Assembly (NCBI RefSeq): GCF_001194135.2
Contig: NC_068994.1
Span: forward strand, 3,939,938 to 4,003,937
DNA from: Octopus bimaculoides
Taxonomy: Eukaryota
Length of the DNA stretch: 64,000 nt
Direction: 5' to 3'
Shown here: positions 1 to 11,735 of the stretch, one piece after another
How the letters are laid out: each line of letters begins with the position of its first letter
Numbering within the stretch: the stretch's first letter is position 1
Notes under the pieces: model-generated
Databases searched by the model: none
The model's input: the letters and a program-made list of their open reading frames with translations, nothing else
Told to the model about the DNA's origin: nothing
Program-made: the position numbers and the translations under genes

Positions 1-168
1 GTATTGTGTGTGTGTGTGTAATTCGAGTTGAGCTCTGTTGGTTCTCTGGCTCTTATTGAATACATGTTTTGGTGGTGGTTTATTTTATTGGATATTTGCT
101 GTATAGAATGTGTCTTGTGTTTGTGGATTGTTTTGTTTGTGTTGTATCATTGAATTGTTTGTGTTGTA

Positions 169-468
169 TCATTGAATTGATAGTGTCTTACATAGGATGT
201 GTGCTGTTCCTATCAGGGCTATTTTTCGGACAGTGTGTAGTGTTGAGGGTCCAGATATAGCTTCTGTGTTTTTGTTCATATGTTTCTTTCTTATCATACC
301 CAATGCTCCAATAATTACTGGTATTATTTTCACCTTTGTGTCCCACATCTTGAACACTTCAATCTCGAGGTCTTTGCAGTTTGATAATTTCTTCACTTTG
401 GTCTGGACAATATTTTGGTCAGGAGGGACTGCAATATCTATCAGTAAATAGGTGGGTTTTTTTTTCAA
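169..468 (-). mobile_element. 3' fragment of an RLE-type non-LTR retrotransposon (R4/Dong-like), restriction-like endonuclease C-terminus
   Basis: The minus ORF reads LIDIAVPPDQNI..K..KL..CKDLEIEV.KMW..KVKIIPVIIGALG, the typical PD-(D/E)xK-type C-terminal endonuclease region of R4/Dong/NeSL-like LINEs. It is 5'-truncated at a (GAT)n tract near 470-500. The clade assignment comes from motif memory, not a search. Confidence 0.75.
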
Positions 469-890
469 TCCTTGTTGATGATGATGATGATTACGATTAT
501 CATCATCACCATTGTTTTACTTCTCAGGGTGCTCAAATCTTGTTTGCTCTGGTAGATTCTGTGGGAGCGGACAGCATCCTGCTGTCAGAGGTCGTCTCAC
601 AGGGTCTCTTTCTGGACATTAAAAGCTTTGATACTTGGTTGTTATCATCGTCATCGTCATCATCATCATAGGATGGTGGATTGGCTGGGTCATTAGATCA
701 TTGAACAAAGCCACCTTGTATTTAATTGTGTTTCTTAGCTTTTTATCTTTCCGTGCTCCTGTTACATCCAGAACTTCATATAACTGACGACATCTCTCTT
801 TCAAATCTCAAACCTTGGACCTCTGTTAAGAAATCCTTATTTTGACTTAACCTGTTTTTAAATGATGTTGTTGTTGCTGTTATTTTGTAG

Positions 891-1124
891 GTTTTTACCA
901 GAGGAAGCAGCAGTTCTTCACATTGACTGAGACCTTTGACTACAGCGTCGTTGTGACAGCCGCCTCGTTAACCTCCAACCGTATCTCTATAGATTGTTGC
1001 CACTATTTGGTGCCCTGCTGGTTTTGGGAAGAGAAAAGAAGAGTCGGAGAAAGAGAGAGAGGGAGAAAACCTTTTCAACGTTTTTCTCCTCTGGAGCATG
1101 TCAACCCAGACGGTGCTTCTACAG
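891..1124 (+). other. candidate 5' UTR exon of ZF-A
   Basis: Acceptor TTATTTTGTAG ends at 890 and donor ACAG|GTCAGT starts at 1125. The exon is not in frame with the ZF-A ORF. No transcript data. Confidence 0.4.
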
Positions 1125-1553
1125 GTCAGTTTATCTTCAACCACACACACACACACATACACCCTAGCACTTTTCCAACTCCACCCGGTCACTCTCCTCC
1201 TCTCCTCTAAAATGTTTCTGGTTCCTCTGCTGCAAGAATCCTATTCTGCTCTGCTCCTTTTCTCTTCTGCTTTACTTTTTATCGTATCCAGTGTAAAAGT
1301 TGCTCCCCTTGACTTTTGTGGGTTTTGCAGGCTGTATGGTGACCTCAGCAATGCTGGTGCCACAAAATAAAGGGTTCAATACAAGCAGTGAAGTGGTTGG
1401 CATCAGGAAGGGTTTCCAACTATAGAAACCTTGCTAAGATAGACAGAGGAGCATGATGTGGTTCTGGGGCCCATCAGATCCTGTCAACCCATCCAACCCA
1501 TGACAGCATGGAACATGGGTGGTCAATGATTTATGATATACACACACATGCAT

Positions 1554-1596
<43 letters not shown>

Positions 1597-1600
1597 TGTA

Positions 1601-1980
1601 GATATGGCTCTTTAAGAAGCTTGCTTCCCAGTCATGTGGTCTTAGGTTCAGTCCCACTGCACCATTCCTTGCACAGATGTCTTCTAAATCCCTGGCTCGA
1701 CCAAAGCTTTGTGAGTAGATTTGATAGAAGTAAACTGTGTGTGCTCTTGTCAGGACATCACAGGAAGACTCTAAACAACCATTGCTGCCTTACAAGCGAG
1801 TTGTGTGTTTCCTATCTTTTGTGAAAAACCTGTCCGGTCGGGGAGGGGGGATATTACCTTGCTTGGAAACAGGTGACAGTTAGTGACAGGACAGGCATCC
1901 AGCTGTAGAAAATCTGCCTCAGCAACTTCTGTCTGACCCATGCAAGCTTGGAAAAGTGGACATTAAATGATGATGATGAT
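1601..1980 (+). mobile_element. tRNA-derived SINE, family A, decayed copy
   Basis: Head GGCT..TAAGAAGCTTGCTTCCC..GGTTCAGTCCCACTGC is shared with the copies at 12335, 45070 and 46545. The copy ends in GACATTAAATGATGATGATGAT. Confidence 0.75.
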
Positions 1981-2352
1981 CTTACAGTTAACTAATGTAC
2001 GTCTGCTACAAATGAAAGTCAGCTTGCCTCTGATCCTAATGCAATTTTTAAAAACACCCAGTTTTCTTTCTTGTAAACTAAAGTTTCTTCTCTTTGCACA
2101 CATTCCACATCACCTGTGCTGCCACCTATCACTTCCCTGACCCAGTCTTATTTCCTCTATCCCTATATAATTAAAACTTTTTAATTGTCAGTTTGTGTGT
2201 GTGTGTATAATCCAATGTAAGAAACTACTTCTGTACTCATAACTAGTGTATTTGATACCCATTTTTACACATATATTAAATATACACATCTTTACATGTA
2301 TGTACATATATATATATAGTATTTATTTTTTTTTTTCTTTTCACTGTTTCAG

Positions 2353-2454
2353 AGTGCACTGTGTGACCTGTTTTGTTGAGAAGAGACAATCAGTCGGTCC
2401 GAGCCACATTCTTTAAGACTCCACTAGTTGTTGTTTCATGCTTTCATTATCATC
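2353..2454 (+). other. 5' UTR portion of the ZF-A coding exon
   Basis: Strong acceptor T-tract...CACTGTTTCAG ends at 2352. An in-frame TAG at 2425-2427 precedes the ATG at 2455, which is in a good context (ATC ATG G). Confidence 0.65.
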
Positions 2455-4800
2455 ATGGAGAGGTCTGCCGGGATTCCAATCTATGGTGAAATGTATGGCA
2501 TGCCATTCCATCACAGACTTCCTACACCAAGAATGCCAACCCTTAGTGACTTTTCTGGCAAGCATTTCGGCCAGGAACATGCTCTTGATACTCAGAGGAT
2601 GGCTCCGTTAGGGGGCAAGCAATTTCCTATTCATAGCTCACAGAGTTCTCACTCGCAGCAAAGGATGACACCGATTGCTGAGAAATCCAGCCATCACCAT
2701 AGCAACAGTTCTGGGAAGCACATTCACCATCGACATAGTTCTTCTCATTCACACAGCTCTCAAAGAATGTTAGAACCCGGTGAGAAGTCTATCCATAATA
2801 GCAGCAGTGACTCTGGGAAGCAGTACTCGCATGACACCCACAGGATCTCTCATGTGGCTGAGAAATCTTCCCATAGTTCCGGCAAGCATATGTCTCATGG
2901 AAGTTGTCAGGAGACTCCAAGGATGTCACATGTTCCAGAGAAAAACATTCACAACAGCATCTCTAGTAAACAGATCTCTTCCCACAGACATAACTTGGAG
3001 AAGGAGAGAATAGCATCACCAGTTGACAAACCAGACAACAACAGCAACAGTGACCTGTCTGGGAGCCAGTTCTCCCATGAGTCAACTATAGAGAGCCAGA
3101 GACTGCCACTGCCCTATATTGGTCAGACAGTGTTTCCTGGTAACAATATGTACAGCAGCCAGTATTCTCAGCCGTGTTACTTACCGACGACTGACAGAAT
3201 GCAGTCAAGCTTGGAGAGCGGACAATCATCTAAGGAGAGTTCTTCTCAAAAGAGCTCCACTGCTAGTATTGATAAATCATTCCATGGTGATGTGTCTCAA
3301 AAACAATATGGCCCGAACAAATTGTCGCCAACCCAACCCAAACCACAAGTATTGAGGCAGCTCTTCTGCGATTACTGTGGCAAGAAGTTTGCTCAGGAAT
3401 ATTTGATGCACATGCACCGAAGGAAACATACTGGAGAGAAACCGTTCCAGTGCGACGTCTGCAACAAACAGTTCTCTCGTAAAGATGTTATGAAAAGACA
3501 TAAGAAAAACCATATGGAGGGTCTTGTCCAATCCCCCAAAGTTCTTGGAAACAGCTACCAAGTTCCTATGCAAGAGAATTCTCAGATGGCAAAAAAACAG
3601 TTTACGCCTGATAAACTATTTCAATGTGATGTATGCATGAAATATTTCGGTACAAGGAATTATCTTGAAATTCACAAGAGAACTCATACTGGAGAGAAAC
3701 CATTCCAATGTGACTTCTGTATCCAAAAATTTGCTCGAAGAGACACGCTTCAAATCCATCGGCGCACCCATACCGGAGAGATGCCATTCCAATGTGAAGT
3801 CTGTCAAGAGAGATTTTCACAGCGAATAAAACTTCAGATTCATCAGAAAACACACATTTTGAAGAAACGGCACCAATGCGAATTTTGTCTGAAGCACTTT
3901 GCACAAAGATATTACCTTCAGATCCATCGACGACTGCACACCGGTGAGAAACTGATGCACTGCGACATTTGCTTGAAGAAATTCACTCAAAAACATTACT
4001 TAATCATTCACAGGAGAACCCACACGGGAGAAAAACCATTCCAGTGTGACTTCTGCATTCAGAAATTTGCTCGCAAAACAACTCTTCAAATTCACCGGAG
4101 AACTCACACGGGGGAAAAACCATTCCATTGTGAGATTTGTGACAAGAGGTTCGCTCAGAGCGATAAGTTGAGAGTTCATCGTCGCACCCATGCACCGAAG
4201 CGTCAGTACCAATGCGATATTTGTTTAAAGATGTTTGCCCAAAGACATTACCTTCATGTCCATCAGAGGTCTCACACCGGAGAGAAACCGTTCCAATGTG
4301 AAGTTTGTTTCAAACAGTTTGCTCAGAGAAACACATTACAGATACACAAGAGAACACACACAGGAGAGAAACCATTCCAGTGTGACGTCTGCCTCAAGAA
4401 CTTTGCCCATAAACATTATCTAAGATTACATAAGAGAACGCACACTGGAGAGAAACCATTTCAATGTGACTTCTGCCTGAAGCAGTTTGCTCAGAAAAAT
4501 TCTTTGAAGATCCATTGTCGAACACACACTGGTGAGAAACCGTATCAGTGTGAGATATGCTTCAAGTCTTTTGCTCAAAGACAATACCTGCGATTGCACA
4601 AAATAACACACAGTGGAGAGAAAGCTTATCATTGTGATATGTGCCCAAAACAGTTCACACGAGGTGATACTCTGCAGAGACACAAGAAAACTCACAATGG
4701 ACCCCAACCAAGCAGTAAACCTCACAAAGTGTCTGTTAATTCCAACAATAAAACAATTGAAGAGTTTCCACCAATGAGCACATACCTATGGCAGCTGTAG
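2455..4800 (+). CDS. C2H2 zinc-finger protein ZF-A: 781 aa, Ser/His-rich N-terminus, 2+13 fingers
   Basis: Uninterrupted ORF with 15 C-x2-C-x12-H-x3-H motifs and mostly TGEKPF linkers. The first in-frame ATG is 2455; the ORF track start at 2428 is a TTG. Confidence 0.95.
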   Translation: MERSAGIPIYGEMYGMPFHHRLPTPRMPTLSDFSGKHFGQEHALDTQRMAPLGGKQFPIHSSQSSHSQQRMTPIAEKSSHHHSNSSGKHIHHRHSSSHSHSSQRMLEPGEKSIHNSSSDSGKQYSHDTHRISHVAEKSSHSSGKHMSHGSCQETPRMSHVPEKNIHNSISSKQISSHRHNLEKERIASPVDKPDNNSNSDLSGSQFSHESTIESQRLPLPYIGQTVFPGNNMYSSQYSQPCYLPTTDRMQSSLESGQSSKESSSQKSSTASIDKSFHGDVSQKQYGPNKLSPTQPKPQVLRQLFCDYCGKKFAQEYLMHMHRRKHTGEKPFQCDVCNKQFSRKDVMKRHKKNHMEGLVQSPKVLGNSYQVPMQENSQMAKKQFTPDKLFQCDVCMKYFGTRNYLEIHKRTHTGEKPFQCDFCIQKFARRDTLQIHRRTHTGEMPFQCEVCQERFSQRIKLQIHQKTHILKKRHQCEFCLKHFAQRYYLQIHRRLHTGEKLMHCDICLKKFTQKHYLIIHRRTHTGEKPFQCDFCIQKFARKTTLQIHRRTHTGEKPFHCEICDKRFAQSDKLRVHRRTHAPKRQYQCDICLKMFAQRHYLHVHQRSHTGEKPFQCEVCFKQFAQRNTLQIHKRTHTGEKPFQCDVCLKNFAHKHYLRLHKRTHTGEKPFQCDFCLKQFAQKNSLKIHCRTHTGEKPYQCEICFKSFAQRQYLRLHKITHSGEKAYHCDMCPKQFTRGDTLQRHKKTHNGPQPSSKPHKVSVNSNNKTIEEFPPMSTYLWQL

Positions 4801-4921
4801 GCCCCAGGGATGTTGGCACTGAGCAGGTGACTAACGAGTATTGAAAGTCTTGTTGCAGGTAAACGGTGAAAAAAACGAATGGATTTTCATGAGCAAATGT
4901 CAACAACAACAACAACAACAA

Positions 4922-4952
<31 letters not shown>

Positions 4953-5187
4953 TGTTACAAGTTGTGAAATGATTTCCTAGCCATTCAGTTGTAAAAACAG
5001 CTGCTGAATGGCTGCTTTCAAATGGCAAATGAGTAAGTTTTATCCAGATTATCAGTTTTGACCAAGCTGAAAGAGAATGGCTGGCTTTCTGTGGTTGGTC
5101 AAACACTGACCAACATTGTACACATAAACTGTACCTTTTTAACAAGGGATATTGTAATTAGATCTCAGTTATATGCAACACATACAC

Positions 5188-5229
<42 letters not shown>

Positions 5230-6379
5230 CATACATGCATACACTGATATATATATATGTATATGCATGTGTGTACTCTAATACATGTACACATATTCAC
5301 ATACATTTATATATGTACACTAATATATACACATGAATCTGTAGAGGTATTTCTACCTATGTATATTGCTACACATCACGCATACATATAGATATATACA
5401 CATACTACATGCGTGTGTATTTATACACACACAGAGTATATATGTATAAAGGAACAGTCAATGGTTACCATTATTGTGTATAAAAAAATTCATGACAACA
5501 CTAACAACTGAGATATCCTTGAAAATCCTGTTTTCCCCCCCTAATCTTTCTCCACACTTCTAGATACTATTCCTTTCTTTTCTTCTATGCCACCCATCAC
5601 CCAACACACATTATAACGATCTATTGAGAAAAGCCGCAACTAATTTGCATATGCCCTCTGCAGTGAGCTGCTTCTTGTTTCCTAGACTTGTGGTACAGAT
5701 CGCTGTCCCTTACTGCCATTACAACTGTAGAAAAAAATTGAGTTTTTGCTGTGTCCATCCCACCCAGCACCCCAGACTCTGCTGCCCCCACTGTTAAAAA
5801 CCCAGTCCTTCTTCCCCGCTACCCCAAACATTTACCTTCTGTAATTCCCTCCTGAATAATGTTTAATGTCTGTGGCGGTGAGGATGGATGGCCATGGCTA
5901 CAGCCTCCCCCCTTCCTTTCATATCCCTTCAAAGGAATGCTCTTACCGTGACTGTGGTTACAGTATTCTGGTCTCGTATTGTGACTCACTGCAGACGTGA
6001 TGGTCGTGGTTGGAATGGTTTGATTATAGGGCTACTCAGTTAAGGTCGACCCGAGGCTAAACAATAAGAAACGGGTGACCTCTAACTGCGTTTGAGACGT
6101 CTGCAAATTCTGCCGACCATTTTGGGATTGGGACAGATCAGTGCCTCTCTACGGGACACGTAAGAGTACAACAACAACAAGAGCAGGAGGTGCAGCAGCA
6201 GGAGCAGTGCACAAAGGACAAGCTGCTACCTTATGTGCCACATAGCCCCCCCCCCCCAGTGTAATGTGGAGAAGGTCGCGTGAAAGAGACCTAGGACTTG
6301 ACTTTATGTATTAGTACTTATTGGCTGTCTCTTGAAAAAACTTAAACTCACACACACACATTAATACATGCACACATGC

Positions 6380-6411
<32 letters not shown>

Positions 6412-6531
6412 ATATGTATATGTGTGGATATAGAACATGTAAATAATCAACTGAAAAACTCCCATATTTGCCTACATTAAAACTGAATTGATACACAATC
6501 TCATGTATTCACATGTAGACCTACATGTATG

Positions 6532-6571
<40 letters not shown>

Positions 6572-7619
6572 CGTATGTATGTACAATGACAAATAGCCAT
6601 AGCTTCAATCATTATCGATCATATATACAACCTCAACACACAATTCATACACATGTGTATATGTGTCTAACTAAAAGCATGACATTTAAACAAAGCTTGT
6701 CAGTTTTTTTTTTACAAAAAACTCTATTTACGTATGTTTGTTTCACTTATTGGACACCCACTACAGCTTTGATTACTCCACCACCAAGCCCCCACCCCAT
6801 CCCCACCCCGTTGTGCTGTGTGAATTCCTTCTTAAACAACAAAACAAAAAAAGCCCCCAAAAACTCTACAAATGTTCTGATTTGATAGGGAGAGGAGGGA
6901 TAAGAGAGATTTGGCCTTTTGACCCCTTCCCCCTTTTATTAATATATCCTTTGTTTTTTTCTTATATTGTTTGTTGTCTTTTGTGAGTGAATTAAACATT
7001 GGCATTTCCTATGCAGTTAACGCGCAGCTTATGTTCGCCCTACCAAACCAATCATGGATGTATTTCCTTGGAGGTAACACCTGCCACACAGCCATACATG
7101 CATCTTACACCATACATACACACACAAACCTATATACACACGTGTATATTATATTTATATAATTCTGTGTGTGTGTGTATATATGTATATATATATATAT
7201 ATGTGTGTATTATTTGCCTGAGCATTTAATTCTATAGCATTATACAAATTCGCATACATTTATACACACACATATATATTCCTGGACATGCACATACAAT
7301 AATATTGCCTTTGCTTCCCTTTATAAAACAGTACACATTATATACACTCACTCATACATTAAGTTGTATGTGAGTATAAACGTATATATATATGCATTTA
7401 TATTAATGTCATCATTACCCATATTGACAAAGACATGATGTGTGTGTGTGTGTTTGGATAGGTGCAGCAGTATATTCTTCAATAAGGTGTAGTGTTCTTG
7501 CTGTTTTTGGTCTTTTACTGCCACTGAACAATGGTTCTAAACCTAGCTGTGCCTTCCTTGTAAAAGAATCTCGACTCTGTTGAAGGAGACATCCATGATA
7601 AAAACAACCAAACCCCAAT

Positions 7620-7830
7620 TTTGGTAATAATCATCATAGTTTGTTGATGATTAGCTCCAGATCATCCCAGATGGAGCAGGCCTTTGACCAAAGCCATTCC
7701 AACCATGCCAATCTCATCGTTTTATATAATATCAAGGACTAGATTGTTCTACATGTCCTTTCTTTGTTTTAAGGTGACAGGGTGTAATTTGAGGAAAACT
7801 CAGCTGCCATTTCCAGCGGATTAAACTACC
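7620..7830 (-). mobile_element. SINE-like repeat, family G (CTAGAAATAGCAGCCAAATCTC...GGATGGTCACRGCTGGAATG), decayed copy
   Basis: Similar segments recur near 8410-8590(-), 15660-15900(+), 19300-19460(-), 19910-20080(-), 44130-44420(-), 49810-49950(+), 57120-57230(+), 57950-58115(+) and 59380-59560(-). Confidence 0.6.
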
Positions 7831-9516
7831 ATGTAGAGCAAGCATGGGCAGCCTTCATTTGAGAAGCATGCTGCTCTACTATTAAAAAAACATTAGGTAA
7901 TACAGAAACTGAATATTTAATTCATCCATCCTTATTCTATCCAAGAAGAAGATTGAGGAGGTTGTATCATCTTGTAAATAAGGGTCAGTTTTATGAAATT
8001 CTGCAACCATTTTGTGGTTCTTATTTAGTTTAAGACCGTTGTTGCTTACGGATAAATCTTGGTGCCAAAATGGACTCCATTCACTGCTTCTTTCCGTTGT
8101 TATTCTGGCTGTTTGGTAGAATCAGCTGAGCATCCATTAGACAAAATTCCTTGCTGTAGTTCTTCCAGCTCTTTACATTCTGAATTGAAGTCCTGCCAAA
8201 GTCAACTTTGCCTGTCATCCTTTGAGGGATTGAGGAAATATAGTAAGCAGTCAAGTCCTGGGATCAGTGTAATAGACTGGCCCCTTTCTCTCTAAAACTG
8301 TTAGGGTTATGTGTCTAAATTAGAAACAATTGCTCTGTCACCAACCCGCCATTGTTCAGCCATCAGCCCTTTATAAAAGCTACCCGCCCACCCTCAGGCC
8401 TCGGATGAAATACTTTATGTTGGCTCCTGGTCAATACTGACCCAGCAGGCATGATCAAAGGTGATCCAGCTGTGATCACTCTTATCTTTTTTTTTGTCTT
8501 TTCTGTCATAGTCTATCTAAGATTACAAATAAAGCTGGTTGGATGTGATTCAGAGGTGATTTGACTGCTATTTTCAGTAGATCAAGTGGCCTGTAGTATC
8601 TCCCTCATGTAGAGATCCCTTAAAACTGAGTGTGAATTGGCTGAGCCTGTGATCTCTGACATTTGTTTTGAGTTGCTGGAACATATTACCCCAGCTCGAT
8701 CGGTCATCTTAAAACCAACTGCAGTATTTAGTGTCAGAGCAAGTGAAGGAGAATGCTTTAGAAATTCCCCCACACTTCTTAAAACTCCATGAAGATGTTG
8801 GGGGCACAAGTTACCCTTGTCCTAATCTCTTCTTGTGATGTAAATGTGTATATTATTACGGTGTTGGCATGGCCATGTGATAAAGGAATTCACCCCAAAA
8901 CCACATTGGTTGGTGTGTTCTGTGATGGCCTCAGACTGGCGGCCAATGGGTTGGGGTGTGAATGGAACTGGTGTTCAGAAACTGATGGCCGCTCATCCTT
9001 TGTGTCCTATCTTTGATGTTAGTACTTTGTTTAAAAACAAACTGATCATTTATATAGAAAAACGATGCTGTTGTTTAAAGTCTGCCACAAAAATACGCTC
9101 AGTTATTGAGCTGTTCATTGATTGAAGGACATGAAAAAAATTATACCTTGCATGGAAGGAGGCAAGGGTTGACATCAAATGATGTCAAGCAAGCAGACAC
9201 AAATACACAATGGGTTTCATTCAGTTTCCATCCACCAAATCCATTCACAGGCTTTGGTTGACCTGGGGCCGTAGTAGAAAACACTTGTCCAAAATGCTAC
9301 ACTGAACTTAAACCTGAAATGTGGTTGGGATGTGAACTTCTTAATCCCAGTCATGCCTGCACCTATATACACACGGATGTGTATGTTAACACATTCATCT
9401 CACTGGTTTTCTATATTCATGCTGCAGTAATTCACTTTGTTACATTCTGCTAGCACCAACAGTACCTCTTCCATGCCCCATAACCCTCTCGAATATGTGT
9501 GTGTGTGTGTCTATAA

Positions 9517-9548
<32 letters not shown>

Positions 9549-10044
9549 TTATTTATATACACATTTATGCAGAAACACAGACACTCTAAACGTACAGATC
9601 TGATGTGACTATGACAGTGGTGGCCCCTGACTGCACCAATCTCCTGTCTTTGTTGTTGGTAAGTGAAGACTGTGTATTCATGTGTATACCTACATACACA
9701 CACACACACACTCTCTCTTTCTCCTCCCTCCCCTCGACTGATCAATCGACTCATCTAATGTAACATGCTTTTCATATAAGTTCATAGTTTTAATGTGTGT
9801 CATTCTTTTATTTTTGTCCGTTTTACCATTTTTACATATATCAAATCAAATGCAAGCTACTTTGTTAATACTAATTATCATTACTATTATTATTATTATT
9901 ATTATTATTATTATCATCATCATCATACTAAAGTACTAGTCTTGTACTAGGATCGGTGAAATGAGCTGAGCCTCCCCTTCAAATTTGTGACTTTCTAAGC
10001 CAGGCATGACTATTATTGCTATTATATTTTATGTAGATGGGAGG

Positions 10045-11735
10045 GGGAGCTGGCAGAACTGGTAGAGCATCAGAAAAAACGCCGTATGGTATTTATTCTG
10101 ACCCTCTGTGTTCTGAGTTCAGTTTCCACCAAAGTCAAACATTGCCTTTCACCTTTTAGGGCTAATAAAATAAAATTACTGGTCAAGTACTGGCATTTCA
10201 ACTCACTCCCTGGTCTCAGAATTGCTGACCCCGTAACCAAGCCTGAAACCATTATTATTCTGGCAGCAAACTGGAAGAATTATTAAAATCTTTGGACAAA
10301 ATGCCTTGTGGTATTTCTTCCAGTTCTTCACATCCTGAGTTCAAATTCCTCCGAGGTCGACTTTTCCTTTCGTCCTTTTGGGGGTCAATGAAATAAGTAC
10401 CAGTTGAGTACTGGGGTTAATGTAATCAACTCACTGCCTTTCCCTGAAATTGCTGGCCTTGTGCCAAAATTTGAAACCAGTATAATTATCATCATCATCA
10501 TCATCATCCTGGGTCAATCGAATCAACTCCTACTGATGAAAAGGTGTGGCCTTGTGCCAAGGTTTGCAATCAAGATCAGTGGCAGAGACAGTATTAATCA
10601 GTTTCATTTCTCCCCCCCCCCCCCGGTATCATTTCAATTTCTGCCAACTTTGACTTTTCCTTTATTGCACTCCCTTGGCTAAAAGAAGGTTTTCACTGAA
10701 ATAAAGACAAAAACCATATACTGTGTGTGTGTGTGGGGGGGGGAGCACTTCTCAATTCACTGCTACTGGACTACCTTCCTTGTAAGTTTGTAGTTCTGAT
10801 CCAATTCACAAATTCATCATCATCATCATCTTTAGAGGATGTGATTTGGTTTAAAAAACAAAAAAAAGCTACAATTCCAAACTGGAAGAAGACATTGAAC
10901 ATGGTTTTCTGGCTGCCTTTTTTTTGATATCCCAAACTCTCTCTCCCCTCCCCCCTCTCTCTTGTCAATTTTCTTTTCTTATCCCCATAAGTGATTGTTG
11001 GGTGATACAGTTAAATTACCAGTAAGATACTGAGGCCAATGGAAGAAAACATACTGCTAGTTGCTCCCTTCATAAATTGGTTGATATATATACACATATA
11101 TAAACCCAGTTTAAAGACATCACAACAACATTATTACTGGCAGAGCTGGAGATATTCTGAGTTCAAAATCTGCCTAAGGTCAAAATTAGCTTTTATTCAT
11201 TGGAGGGTTGATAAAATACATTCAAGTACTGGGGCCAGTGTGATTGACTTGCTCGTCCCTTCAAAATAGTGGAAGGGAGGGGCCAAAATTAGAAAGAATG
11301 AGAATTAATAAATGCAATTTAAAATCAGCAGATAAAGTGTCTGTGTTCTGAGTTCAACTCCTCCCTGGGCCAACTTTGCCTTTTATCCTTCAGAGAGAGA
11401 GTGTGTGTGTGTGAGAGAAGGTACAGTGGTCATTATAATGGATTACACCTGCCCCTAAAATTGTTGCTTCATGTCTAATTATAAATGAGCAAATAAGAAA
11501 AATCATAATCGTTATAATTAAGGTGGTGAACTGGAAGAACCGTTTAGCATAAGGCTTAGAGGCTTTTTGTCTGTCTTGACATTCCGAGTTCAACTTCCAC
11601 CGAGGTTGACTTTGCCTTTCATCCTTTTGGGGTCGATAAAATAAGTACCAGTTGAACACTGGGGGTCAATGTAATCGACAGCCCCTTCCCCCAAAATTTC
11701 TGGCCTTGTGCCAAAATTTGAAACCATTATTATTA
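10045..11735 (+). mobile_element. cluster of same-strand tRNA-derived SINE family B copies and fragments
   Basis: Repeated GAGCTGGCAGAA..GAGTTCAAATTCC..GAGGTCGACTTTGCCTTTCATCC..TAAGTACCAGT..GGCCTTGTGCCAAAATTTGAAACC at about 10045-10200, 10260-10490, 11140-11290, 11330-11390 and 11520-11735, separated by (ATT)n/(ATC)n. Confidence 0.8.

Noticed and set aside
133-176. 22-bp tandem duplication TTGTTTGTGTTGTATCATTGAA spanning the LINE stop codon
   Set aside because: Ordinary local slippage in a dead element.
1056-1082. GGGAGAAAACCTTTTCAACGT resembles DNA for a TGEKPFQC linker in the candidate UTR exon
   Set aside because: Too short, needs an indel, sits in a purine-rich tract, and has no flanking finger remnants.
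7833-7879. Hairpin GTAGAGCAAGCATG / CATGCTGCTCTAC
   Set aside because: Short with one bulge, at the edge of a decayed SINE; compatible with chance.
10532-10560. CTGATGA box in a SINE tail; also CTGATGA at 47761 and on the minus strand near 26070
   Set aside because: No stem II plus GAAA plus stem I arrangement, so not hammerheads.
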